The notes under the pieces were generated by a model, which was not told the origin of the DNA, made no database searches, and saw only the letters and a program-made list of their open reading frames with translations. A program made the position numbers and the translations under genes. DNA of 63,314 bases, filler included, from Octopus bimaculoides (lineage: Eukaryota): the NCBI RefSeq assembly GCF_001194135.2. It is 5 parts of 5 records of this genome, joined end to end, with 100 filler letters (N's around TTAATTAATTAA, not from the genome) between each part and the next. Parts side by side here need not be neighbours in the genome. Positions count along the whole stretch, not along the records: positions 1 to 17,222 come from NC_068989.1; positions 17,323 to 29,678 come from NC_069000.1; 3 more parts are not named here. One strand, given 5' to 3'. Below, piece by piece: positions 12,598-23,445 of this stretch. Every line of letters begins with the position of its first letter. Positions within the stretch are counted from its first letter, which is position 1.

Positions 12598-13230
12598 CCA
12601 AAGAGATTGAACTGGCAGAATCGTTGAAGTATCCGATCAAAATGCCTTTTTTGTTCTGAGTTCAAATCCTGCCAAAATCAACTTTACCTTGGTAATGCCA
12701 GACAGAATGCTTGTAGTATTTAACTCTGTCTCTTTATATACTGGGTTCAATTCTCTCCAGTGTTAAATTTGATTTTCAGCATTCTAGGAGGTGCATAGAA
12801 ATAATTACCAGTCAGATGATGGAACTGTTATAATTAGCTGTTTCCTCTCCTCAAAATTTGGGGCCAAGCATTGGACAAAGTGTCTTGTGGTATTTATGTT
12901 TTGTGTTGGAAATCTCCCATGGTCAACTTTGCCTTTCATCCTCTCGGGATCAATGTATAAAGTATTATTTTGATGCTGAGTTAAAATAATTGACTAAGGC
13001 AAGTTGGTGAGCTGGCAGAAGTGTTAGCATGCCAGACAAAATGCTTAGTAGTATTTCACCTGTCTTTACTTTCTGAGTTCAAATTCTGCTGAGATTGACT
13101 TTGCCTTTCATCCCCTCGAGGTCGATAAGATAAATAACAGTTGACCAATGGTAATTGACTTACCCAACTCCCATGAACTTGCTGGCCTTGTGTCATAATT
13201 TTAAACTGTTATTATTGATTAAGGCCACCA
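12598..13230 (+). mobile_element. Cluster of about four partial/complete SINE family B copies, same orientation
   Basis: Repeated gagctggcagaa / ctgagttcaaat / actttgcctttcatcc blocks near 12610, 12700, 12910 and 13005-13225. Confidence 0.7.
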
Positions 13231-14149
13231 CCCTCAAAAATTACTCATGAATGTAAAGTGCTCTGATCAATGCAAGTGAATTCTTAAATTTGAAATGTTT
13301 TAATTATTGTGTGTTTAATTGTACTTCTTAATTTTTAAAGAATTTTTGTGTTTTATAAATTTTTAATTTGTCTAATCATGTATTGTATAATGTCTTTCCT
13401 GTTTGTTTTTGTACAACATAGCCATCTCATCCCCATGTATCTTTGCAAATTTCCTGTTTAACATTTCTTTGTATTTTTCTTTAACTCTTGGAGGCTTTGT
13501 GGGTAATAAAGATAAAATATTAGTTATTGCGGTTATGTTGGGGTAGCATGAATGGATATGTTGTGAAACCAACTATAGAGAATTGGATTGTTGCCAAGTT
13601 TACTGAATTAGAAGTTTCTTTTTCAGGGATTAATTTCAAATAAGGAACGTTCAAAATGTGTGAACCTTTATCCTTATTATCTGGGGTTTGTATTTTAGAC
13701 GAATCATATTTTAACTTTATATATTTACATTCATTTCATTCTGGCTTTTTGTGCCAGAAGAGTGCAAACTAGTCCACAGAAAGGCAGATGTACTTTGTCA
13801 AATGAAAAATAGCATTTTAACAAGTGAAAACATAAGACATTAATGTACATGACATAAACAATATTATTAGCAACAATAACATTTTTTGCTAGTGCTGTAA
13901 GCCAAGTATCAAACATTGTTCAAACTCTGAAAAAAAAAAAGCAAAAAATTCATTGCAGCATTCACACCAGGTTGCCAGTGAGAGAATATTTCCTTTTCTT
14001 CCTCTATCAGTCTTGAATATTTATAGCTTTCTTCTTCCATTGATTAAGTAAGACATAAATATTGAAAAATCTATTTTGTGCATGTTGCTGGGGTGTTGTG
14101 CATTGAGCAGAATAAAAGCAAAGTTACCTTCTCAAGTCATACTGACTCT

Positions 14150-14370
14150 TAAGGGTCATTTTTCCAGTTTCATGGTGTATTTACTCCCTGCCTGGACAGG
14201 ATGACAACCTGTCACAGGATTACTCATTGATGCCAACTGAGTGGAACTTGAGCAATGTGAAACAAAGTGCTTTGCTCAAGAGCACAACACATTGCTCAGT
14301 CCAGGAATTGAAAACACAATCTTACGATCATGAGTCCCACACCCTAACCACTTAGCGACGTGCCTCCACA
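14150..14370 (-). mobile_element. SINE family C
   Basis: gtgctttgctcaagagcacaacac...ccaggaattgaaaacacaatcttacgatcatgagtcccacaccctaaccacttagcgacgtgcctcc is the reverse complement of a tRNA-like head. Confidence 0.7.
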
Positions 14371-14939
14371 TTACATTCAGAGAATGGGATAAGGAAGTTT
14401 ATACTCGGTCTTCCAGTGAAATGAGGCAACAAGCAGAGACAGTGCAACACACCTGTCCTAGACTAATGCCACAATATATAAGCTAATGCAATTACATGGG
14501 CAACAGTTTGGGACATTGACCTTTGGTTTGTTACCTTTGTAGTACAATATAGATTGGTTATGAGAGTGCAGGTCATGAAGACTGGCATGTAATTAGGAGG
14601 GATTAGTACAGCTAAACGACTTGCAATTTCTCATGACCTCCAAAATTCTACAGGGCATTGCATGGTAGTACATGACATGAAAATTGGAAGTACAAATCAG
14701 AAAGATGAGCTACTACATTTGTAGCAGTAAGAGCTACATGAGGGCATTCTCTACTAAGGAATTAAGAAAGACAGACAGAGTAGAAGATATCAAGAGAATC
14801 AGCAACAACAACTGTAGGTTCTGGAGGCTGCTGCTTCAACAACACTGCCTTTTGAATAACCCTCTCACTGAAATGTCAGGCCTTGTGCCTATGTATGGAA
14901 CTATTAGGCACTGCAGATTGGCAGAATCCTAAGAGCATC

Positions 14940-15172
14940 CTAAAGGCGGCGGGCTGGCAGAAACATTAGCACGCCGGGCAAAATGTATAACGGTATTTCA
15001 TCTGGTATTACATTCTGAGTTTAAATTCCGCCGAGGCCGACTTTGCCTTTCATCCTTTCATCGATAAATTAAGTACCAGTTACACACTGGGTTGATGTAA
15101 TCGACTTACTCCCTTTGTCTGTCCTTGTTTGTCCCCTCTGTGTTTAGCTCTTGTGGGCAATAAAGAAATAAG
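14940..15172 (+). mobile_element. Younger SINE family B copy with an alternative (L1/Tx1-like) 3' tail
   Basis: aaaggcggcgggctggcag...ccgccgaggccgactttgcctttcatcc with CpGs intact; tail gtgtttagctcttgtgggcaataaagaaa differs from other B copies. Confidence 0.8.
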
Positions 15173-15327
15173 AATACTAAGAGCATCAGACAAAATAACT
15201 TGTGGCATTTGTTCCAGCTGTTTATGTTCTGAGTTCATATCCAGCCAAAGTCAACTTAGCCTTTCATTCTTCCAGGGTTGACAATAAAATACCAGTCAAG
15301 AGAGTAACTAATTCCCTCCCCATTAAA

Positions 15328-15361
<34 letters not shown>

Positions 15362-15975
15362 GTTATTGTTATTGTTGTTGTTGTTGTTGTTGTTCTTCTT
15401 CTTCTTCTCCTCCTTCTCCTTCTCCTCCTCCTCCTTCTCCTCCTCCTCCCCTCCTCCTCCTCCTCCTCGTTCTTCTTCTTCTTCTTCTTCTTCTTCTTCT
15501 TCTTCTTCTTCTTCTTCTTCTTCTTCTTCTTCTTCTTCTTCTTCTTCTTCTTCTTCAGCCAGTGAGCTGCAAGATTGTTAGTACATTGAAAAAAATGTTT
15601 AATGACATCTCCTTCTGGCTCTTTATGTTGAGTTCAAATTCTGCCAATGTTGACTTTGTCTTTCATTCTTTTGGGGTTGACAAAATAAGTACCACTTGCA
15701 CACTGGGGTTGAAAAAATTGACTGTACACCTCCCTTAAAATTTCAGGCCTTGTGCCTATAACAGAAAGGGCCATCATCATCATCATCATCATTATTAAGG
15801 TGGTGAGCTAGCAGAATTGCTGATGTGTCAGACAAAATGGTTAGCTACATTTTGTCTGTCTTCACATTCTGAGATCAAATTCTGCTGTGGTTAACTTTGC
15901 ATATCATCCTTTCAATGTAATCAACTAGTCCCCTCTCACAAAATTTCAGGCCCTGTGCTTATAGCAGAAAGAACT
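15172..15975 (+). mobile_element. Three head-to-tail SINE family B copies separated by trinucleotide tails
   Basis: Copies at ~15172-15330, 15555-15775, 15795-15975, separated by (ATT/GTT/CTT/CCT)n and (CAT)n(ATT). Confidence 0.8.
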
Positions 15976-15981
15976 ATTATA

Positions 15982-16560
15982 GTTGTTACTGGTTGCACAA
16001 TGGAACAATTAAATATAAGATTCAACGAGCATAGGTGTGATGTCAGGCACAATAACAATAATTCAATGGAACTTGCTACATGTTTTATGTCAGACAGTTG
16101 TACTTTTGAGGAACACTTGAAAGTGCACATTCTTGGAAAATATTCTGACTCTATGCCACCTTCAGTCCTCAAAACACATGAGGACAAACGTATTTGTGAA
16201 TTGCTAATATTAATCTCTGGATGATTGAAGGAAATGCTTGGCAAATTTCATTACATTTACAAAAAACTACTTGACTAAGTGTTCTCATAACTGATTTTTT
16301 TTTGTTTTTTCCTTTATCATTTTCCTTGCTACCAGTTATGAAAAAGTCAAAACTGATGATGTCATTTTGTCTAAAATGGAAGGCAGGATATTCCCGTACA
16401 TATTTTGAATTTCTGTAGTTCTATGTTCTTTTAATTTTACCATCCTGAACCTGAGGAAGTCAGACAATCTGTTGAAATAATTTTCAATTCATTCAATTCA
16501 ATAGACAGAGTTAATCTCTGTTTATTACAAATCAAATCAATCATATCATACTCTTCCCAT
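15982..16560 (+). mobile_element. Penelope-like element 3' remnant (second GIY-YIG subtype) with decayed hammerhead
   Basis: VTGCTMEQLNIRFNEHRCDVRH...ELATCF...LKVHILG...KTHEDKRICEL resembles PLE endonuclease (G.T...L..R.NEHR.D.R...HF...LKVHIL...EL..I). cctgaggaag...cag-acaat-ctg..ttgaaa at 16450-16477. Confidence 0.7.
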
Positions 16561-16623
16561 TGTTTATTCATCTTGATGAAGAGTTACATCAATCTTCATA
16601 TATCATCATCATCATCATCATCA

Positions 16624-16661
<38 letters not shown>

Positions 16662-17107
16662 TAAAGCGGCAAGCTAGCAGAGTCATTAGTTCATTGGGTG
16701 AAATGCTGAGCGGTATTTTGCCTGTCACTACATTCTGAGTTCAAATTCCACCGAGGTCAACTTGGCCTTTCACCCTTTTGGGGTTGATGAAATAAGTACG
16801 AGTTGAGCATTGGGGTTGATGTAATCGACTCATCCCCTTCTCCAAAATTACTGCCCTTGTGGGAAAATTTACAACCATTATTATTATAATTAAGGTGGTG
16901 AGCTGGCAGAATTGTTTGCACATTAGGCAAAATGCTTAGTGGCATTTTATTTGTCTTTACATTCTGAGTTCAAATGTCACTGAGGTTGACTTTGCTTTTC
17001 ATCCTTTCAGGGTCAATAAAATAAGTACCAGGTTGAGCACTGGAGTTGATGTAATCAACTTAACCCATCCCTGAACTTACTAGCCTTGTTCCAAAATTTG
17101 AAACCAT
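16662..17107 (+). mobile_element. Two tandem SINE family B copies
   Basis: aaagcggcaagctagcag at 16662 and aaggtggtgagctggcag at 16892, each with core actt(g/t)gc(c/t)tttca..ccttt..gggt..at.aaataagtac. Confidence 0.85.
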
Positions 17108-17222
17108 TACTACTGTTGCTGCTACCACTGCCGCTGCTGCTCCTGCCACCGTTGTCACCGCCGCTGCTGCTGCCGCTGCTGCTGCCGCTGCTGCTGCCGC
17201 TGCTGCTGCCGCTGCTGCTGCC

Positions 17223-17322
17223 NNNNNNNNNNNNNNNNNNNNNNNNNNNNNNNNNNNNNNNNNNNNTTAATTAATTAANNNNNNNNNNNNNNNNNNNNNN
17301 NNNNNNNNNNNNNNNNNNNNNN
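17223..17322. other. Artificial scaffold-joining spacer
   Basis: N44 + TTAATTAATTAA + N44; identical at four places. Confidence 0.95.
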
Positions 17323-17479
17323 ATGTATGATAAATATATGTATGATAAATATATGTATGAAAAATATATGTATATACATGTGTGTGTGTGTGCATATATA
17401 TATTTATATATACATACTTAAATGCATGCATGCAGTCATGTTTACACAGATACACATACAAACACATTCAGACACATAT

Positions 17480-17960
17480 TACACGACAGCGAGTCGCTAA
17501 ATCATTCGTAATGCGGTTCTGTGTTTTTCTTATTGGCGGGAAAATTATTTGCACGTGGGTCACTAAATGTTGTCCGGCACTAATCAAGGCTCTATATATT
17601 TGAAACTTTTTCTGAATCTTCCAAAATATGAGCAGCTTTCAGGGTTAGTTTTTGGTTTTGTGTACTAAATGAAGCGCCAAAAATCCACGGAAGGCTTTCA
17701 GAATTGCACGGGGAACTGTATGTTGCCGTTATGGTATGAAAAAGGGAAGAAAGCTGTGAGTTATCTGTCAGCCGAAGACATATTATTTTTCTTAGATCTT
17801 AGGGAGAAGCTTTTGGCCATTTGAACAATTTGTTTGATTAAAACATTAGGAGACTATGTTGAAAAATAATGTATGTACAAAAACATAGTATTGTAACAAG
17901 TTTACTCAATGTTAAAAAAGTAAAACTAATTAATGCTAAAAAATAAACCAGTAAAACGGG
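17480..17960 (+). mobile_element. Probable mariner deletion derivative
   Basis: ggagactatgttgaaaaataa (GDYVEK*) at 17849-17869 is the typical mariner transposase C-terminus; termini not resolved. Confidence 0.4.
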
Positions 17961-18302
17961 TCACTGAACACTGTTATTGTTTTAGAGCAATCAGAAATCA
18001 GAGCAACTGCTGTGAATGAAATTCAAGAACGACAACTCAACCGAGGTTTCAAGTTCAAATCTCACCGAAGTGAGTAGAGAGTTACCAACCTAGTGACACT
18101 GGTTCATCTAATGGTCCCTCCAACAGGGAAAGCTGTAAATTAATAGAAGATAATTACTGACTTACAATTGTATGTATAGAAGCTTGTGTCTACTTATGAA
18201 TGCACTGTGAATACTTCTTTTTTTTTTTGCATTGATAATATTTGTGTTTTCTTTTGAAGAAAGACATGTTGCTTCTCCAATTCTGCACAAAAGTGAAAGG
18301 AT

Positions 18303-18391
<89 letters not shown>

Positions 18392-18575
18392 GAAGGTGGC
18401 GAGCTAGCAGGATCGATAGCGGCATTTCGACTGGGTTTACGTTTTGAGTTCAAATTCTGCCGAGGTCGACTTTGCCTTTTATCCTTTCGGGGTCGATAAA
18501 TTAAGTACTGGCTCGATTAGCTACAAACCCCCAAATTTAAGGCCTTGTGCCTTTAGTAGAAAGGATTACTACTAT
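18392..18575 (+). mobile_element. SINE family B, CpG-intact
   Basis: aaggtggcgagctagcag...gccgaggtcgactttgccttttatcctttcggggtcgataaattaagtac; preceded by (CAT)n(TAT)n. Confidence 0.85.
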
Positions 18576-18580
18576 TATTA

Positions 18581-18809
18581 TTTTGGTTTGGCTCAGGTTC
18601 GGTCTTATTCCTGGTAGAAATTATGTGGGGAGCGGGTTACTACATGTAACCTTAGGTATCCACAAGTTTTCAGCAGTCTTTCAAGTGCTTAGAACCTTCC
18701 TGATAATCGCTGCTGTCCCTAAAAGACAAACTTTCTGTAGGAGCTCTACCGGGCATTCTATCTTAATCCCCTTCCACCATTTGCCTTCAATCTCCTTCAG
18801 CCATTTGTC

Positions 18810-18810
<1 letters not shown>
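18581..18810 (-). mobile_element. R4/Dong-like non-LTR element 3' end
   Basis: Minus strand DKWLKEIEGKWWKGIKIECPVELLQKVCLLGTAAIIRKVLST* plus 3' UTR; (ATT)n on both sides; same subfamily as 43754-44081. Confidence 0.8.
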
Positions 18811-18888
<78 letters not shown>

Positions 18889-18891
<3 letters not shown>

Positions 18892-19418
18892 ATAATCACT
18901 CAACAGATTAGACTGTTCGAAAGGAAAATAAATCCTAACATCGGGTTACAACGATTAACCTTAGCTGCCAAGAACCCTCCTAAGTATCTTAGCTGTTCCT
19001 AATAACACTGTTTTCTGCAGCTGCACTAAACAGGGTCTTATGCCTATTTCTTCTATTCATTTGTTCAGATCTTTAGGGATAGGTCCCAATGCACCTATAA
19101 CTACTGAGATACATTTTACCCGCCCCTTTCCATAGTCTCTGTAATTCAATAGCTAGGACCAGAACGTTCGGTCTTGTTTGTTCTGGTAGATTCAATGAGA
19201 GCGGACAGCAGCCTGCTGTCAGAGGTCTCACAGGGTCTCTTTCCTCACATCATAAGCTTTGATACTTGGTTCTTAATTATCGTGGGAGACATTCTACATC
19301 CAAGTTACCAATCTCAAAAACCTGGCTGTCCCCAGCAGAGCAGTTTTGGGGGATTGCTCTGCTCTCATGTCAATTCCGATTTCTCTGACATATTTCTCGA
19401 ACTTGATTGTTAGTGCTC
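18889..19418 (-). mobile_element. Two further abutting R4/Dong-like 3' ends (different subfamilies)
   Basis: 18889-19158: LAIELQRLW..VVIGALGPIPKDLNK*IEEIGIRPCLVQLQKTVLLGTAKILRRVLGS*. 19159-19418: ALTIKFEKYVREIGIDMRAEQSPKTALLGTARFLRLV. Confidence 0.8.
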
Positions 19419-20039
19419 TATCATCATCATCATTATCATCATCTTCATCATCATCACCACCAAAACCACCACCACCACCACGACCACCACCATCATCATC
19501 ATCATCTTCATCATCATCATCATCATTATTGCTATTATTATTATAATGTCACTTTCAAGGCGTGCAAATGTATTTAAGCAAAAGGTAAAACAAGAAAAAA
19601 CCACACTTTGCGTCTATGTCCAAGCCTTGATGTTAAAAAAAAACAAGAAAACGAGTGGTGTTAGATATGGCGGATGTGCAGATCTTTCTACTGCGAAAAA
19701 CAATTTGTTTCCTATCGAAAAACTCGTGCTAAGAAATCTCTTGCGTCACAATCAATATGTCGTAATGACTGAGCTTTTTGCAGGTGAAGAAGGAATGAAA
19801 CTGATATAATATGGCGTCGTAGTCAGTAAAAGAGAAGTGGAAGATTCTAGAATCTAGAAAAGATAGGGGAAAACTGAAAAAGAGACTGAGCATATGTATA
19901 TATGTATATGCATATATATGTATATATATATATGTATATGTATATATATAAATATATATACATACATATACACCTACACTACTACAACACAAACTTTAAA
20001 AACGCATTAACAAAAGAAAATTGAATCTGTATTCATGTA

Positions 20040-20075
<36 letters not shown>

Positions 20076-20342
20076 NNNNNNNNNNATATATATATATATG
20101 TATACATACATGCATACATACATATATATATATATGTATATATAAATACGTATACACACACATACACACACTGAAGGAGCTTAAGAAGTATTTTACTGGG
20201 ATTACTAATCCCTTATTAATCCCCTCTTCGTGTGTGTGTTTATATATATATATGAATGTAAGTACTATGTATATATATATATCTATATATATATACATAT
20301 ACATATACATATACATATATGTATATGTGTACATATATATAC

Positions 20343-20392
<50 letters not shown>

Positions 20393-21370
20393 NNNNNNNN
20401 NNNNNNNNNNNNNNNNNNNNNNNNNNNNNNNNNNNNNNNNNNNNNNNNNNNNNNNNNNNNNNNNNNNNNNNNNNNNNNNNNNNNNNNNNNNNNNNNNNNN
20501 NNNNNNNNNNNNNNNNNNNNNNNNNNNNNNNNNNNNNNNNNNNNNNNNNNNNNNNNNNNNNNNNNNNNNNNNNNNNNNNNNNNNNNNNNNNNNNNNNNNN
20601 NNNNNNNNNNNNNNNNNNNNNNNNNNNNNNNNNNNNNNNNNNNNNNNNNNNNNNNNNNNNNNNNNNNNNNNNNNNNNNNNNNNNNNNNNNNNNNNNNNNN
20701 NNNNNNNNNNNNNNNNNNNNNNNNNNNNNNNNNNNNNNNNNNNNNNNNNNNNNNNNNNNNNNNNNNNNNNNNNNNNNNNNNNNNNNNNNNNNNNNNNNNN
20801 NNNNNNNNNNNNNNNNNNNNNNNNNNNNNNNNNNNNNNNNNNNNNNNNNNNNNNNNNNNNNNNNNNNNNNNNNNNNNNNNNNNNNNNNNNNNNNNNNNNN
20901 NNNNNNNNNNNNNNNNNNNNNNNNNNNNNNNNNNNNNNNNNNNNNNNNNNNNNNNNNNNNNNNNNNNNNNNNNNNNNNNNNNNNNNNNNNNNNNNNNNNN
21001 NNNNNNNNNNNNNNNNNNNNNNNNNNNNNNNNNNNNNNNNNNNNNNNNNNNNNNNNNNNNNNNNNNNNNNNNNNNNNNNNNNNNNNNNNNNNNNNNNNNN
21101 NNNNNNNNNNNNNNNNNNNNNNNNNNNNNNNNNNNNNNNNNNNNNNNNNNNNNNNNNNNNNNNNNNNNNNNNNNNNNNNNNNNNNNNNNNNNNNNNNNNN
21201 NNNNNNNNNNNNNNNNNNNNNNNNNNNNNNNNNNNNNNNNNNNNNNNNNNNNNNNNNNNNNNNNNNNNNNNNNNNNNNNNNNNNNNNNNNNNNNNNNNNN
21301 NNNNNNNNNNNNNNNNNNNNNNNNNNNNNNNNNNNNNNNNNNNNNNNNNNNNNNNNNNNNNNNNNNNNNN

Positions 21371-21409
<39 letters not shown>

Positions 21410-21412
<3 letters not shown>

Positions 21413-22200
21413 GCGATTCCAGGTCATCAGCGTCACTCGAGCTACCACGAAAACGAATGAATACAGAACCAATTGGACTGGTAGTCGCTGCACACACACA
21501 AACAAAAAACTGAGCAAGTATGCTCATGCAGGGATCGATCGAAGTGTCCCCTGGACAACCAGTGCAATTCCTGAAATGCTATGTACAAGTGCACCGTAAA
21601 TACTAGAGGAGGCCTCTGCGTATATATCGGTGCATCGGCCGATATTTTCAAAAATCGGTATCGTAACCACATCGCCAGCTTTCGAAAAATCCTTAAACAG
21701 CACGGAACAGAACTGGCCGATTTCGTCTGGCGACTTAGGGAAGAGAAGGCAAAATACGACCTGACCTCGTCAATAATTAGACACAGGAGTCCCAATAACA
21801 CGCTATCCGGAAAATTCCAGCTACGTTCCGAGCAGTCACTGTCAATATTATTAACATATAATTTCCGATTTTTCTTCTTCTTCTCTTCTACTTCCTTTTT
21901 CCTCTTAGGAGTTATGAAAGCGAAAGCTTAAATAGGAACGCAAGATTTCCACGTTCATGTTTGAAATTTTGCGTTTCTGCAGTCTTGTTTGCATTTATTC
22001 ATTTCCTACCTAGATAGGCATATAACAACTTGGTAGCCGACACTCAAAATCTTTAATGAGACACAGCTTTATCTATCAATGTACCTGATGAGACCCAGAC
22101 TGCAAGATGGATGCAGCACAGCATATTGAACAGAGTCCCACACATAAAGGACAATAGCAGGACGGGTCGAAACGAACGTTATAGTGAATAAAGTTTGATA
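21410..22200 (+). mobile_element. Penelope-like element 3' remnant: Cys-rich linker, GIY-YIG endonuclease, terminal repeat
   Basis: CSCRDRSKCPLDNQCNS*NAMYKCTVNTRGGLCVYIGASADIFKNRYRNHIASFRKILKQHGTELADFVWRLREEKAKYDL (ORF 21581-21931); hammerhead-like motif at 22081-22190. Confidence 0.85.
22081..22190 (+). ncRNA. Hammerhead-like motif with 67-nt insertion in stem II
   Basis: CTGATGA(22085-22091)-gaccc...gggtc(22164-22168)-GAAA-cgaacg-tt; stem I pairing imperfect. Confidence 0.5.
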
Positions 22201-22235
22201 TCAAATCCTTCTTCACGTTACTTAATTATATACAT

Positions 22236-22452
22236 AGGTGCAGGAGTGGCTGTGTGGTAAGTAGCTTGCTTAACAACCACATGGTCCCGGGTTCAGTCCC
22301 ACTGCATGGCACCTTAGGCGAGTGTCTTCTACTATAGCCTCGGGCCGACCAAAGCCTTGGAAGTAGATTTGGCAGACGGAAACCAGCGGTTCGGCAAAAG
22401 AGTCCGATAAAATAAGTACTAGGCTTACAAAGAATAAGTCCTGGGGTCGATA
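22236..22452 (+). mobile_element. SINE family A with internal deletion
   Basis: ggtgcaggagtggctgtgtggtaag (A box)...gggttcagtccc (B box)...ggaaac joined directly to cagcggttcggcaaaagag of the 3' half. Confidence 0.85.
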
Positions 22453-23249
22453 TATATACACACACACACGTATGATTTTGCCCTAAATGTGTTCTCTGCG
22501 AAACTCGTCGTTTTTACAGCCCCTATTTTTCTATTACACTAGAGTCAAAAGTACCCGCCAAAATACTCTTGTCATTAGCAGCATGCATCAATGGAGCGTC
22601 AGTCATGGGGAAAACTGTGGCACACAACACTTTCTGAATAGCAAGAAAGTTTGTGAGTCACTGTGTTGTTATTCAGCCTGTAAGACATAGCAGCTAAATT
22701 CCCTTGAAATGGTAATCTACTGACCTAAAAAAGAATGATATTAATGTTGTATAAGGAACGCTATATCTGGAATTAATTCTGTCTGTTCATGGATGAATCA
22801 TTTTGATTATGGGTTGACTTGGTACGGACCAATTTGGGACGAATTAGCAAAAGGGAAAAAGAAAAAAAAGAGGCAAAACAATAACAAAAACAGTATCAAC
22901 AACAGCAATAAAACGAGGACGACGACGCCAACGACGAAGACCACCACCACCACCACCATCCACCACCGCCGCCGCCGCCGCCNNNNNNNNNNNNNNNNNN
23001 NNNNNNNNNNNNNNNNNNNNNNNNNNNNNNNNNNNNNNNNNNNNNNNNNNNNNNNNNNNNNNNNNNNNNNNNNNNNNNNNNNNNNNNNNNNNNNNNNNNN
23101 NNNNNNNNNNNNNNNNNNNNNNNNNNNNNNNNNNNNNNNNNNNNNNNNNNNNNNNNNNNNNNNNNNNNNNNNNNNNNNNNNNNNNNNNNNNNNNNNNNNN
23201 NNNNNNNNNNNNNNNNNNNNNNNNNNNNNNNNNNNNNNNNNNNNATTAA

Positions 23250-23445
23250 TTCGGCAAAACTGAGTTATATCTGTAGTTGAAAGGAGGCCGGCCTTGTCAC
23301 AGTCTGTGCCACGTTGAATCCTCCCTGCAATTAGGGTACGTGTGTCTGTGGAGTGCTCAGCCACTTGCACGTTGATTTCACGAGCAGGGCTGCTCCGTTT
23401 AATCGGAACTACAGGAACACTCGTCGTCGTAACGACGGAGGGCCA
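23250..23445 (+). mobile_element. Probable SINE 3' part (family E)
   Basis: gtgtctgtggagtgctcagccacttgcacgttgatttcacgagcagg...ctcgtcgtcgtaacgacggag; recalled as a common cephalopod dispersed repeat; no second copy in the window. Confidence 0.45.

Noticed and set aside
13709-13926. Strong minus-strand acceptor (ttttttttttcag) and ORF MFDTWL...
   Set aside because: All three frames stop within 12 codons of the acceptor; probably an A-run.
19546-19809. 87-aa ORF
   Set aside because: Starts in a microsatellite flank; no motif; length expected by chance.
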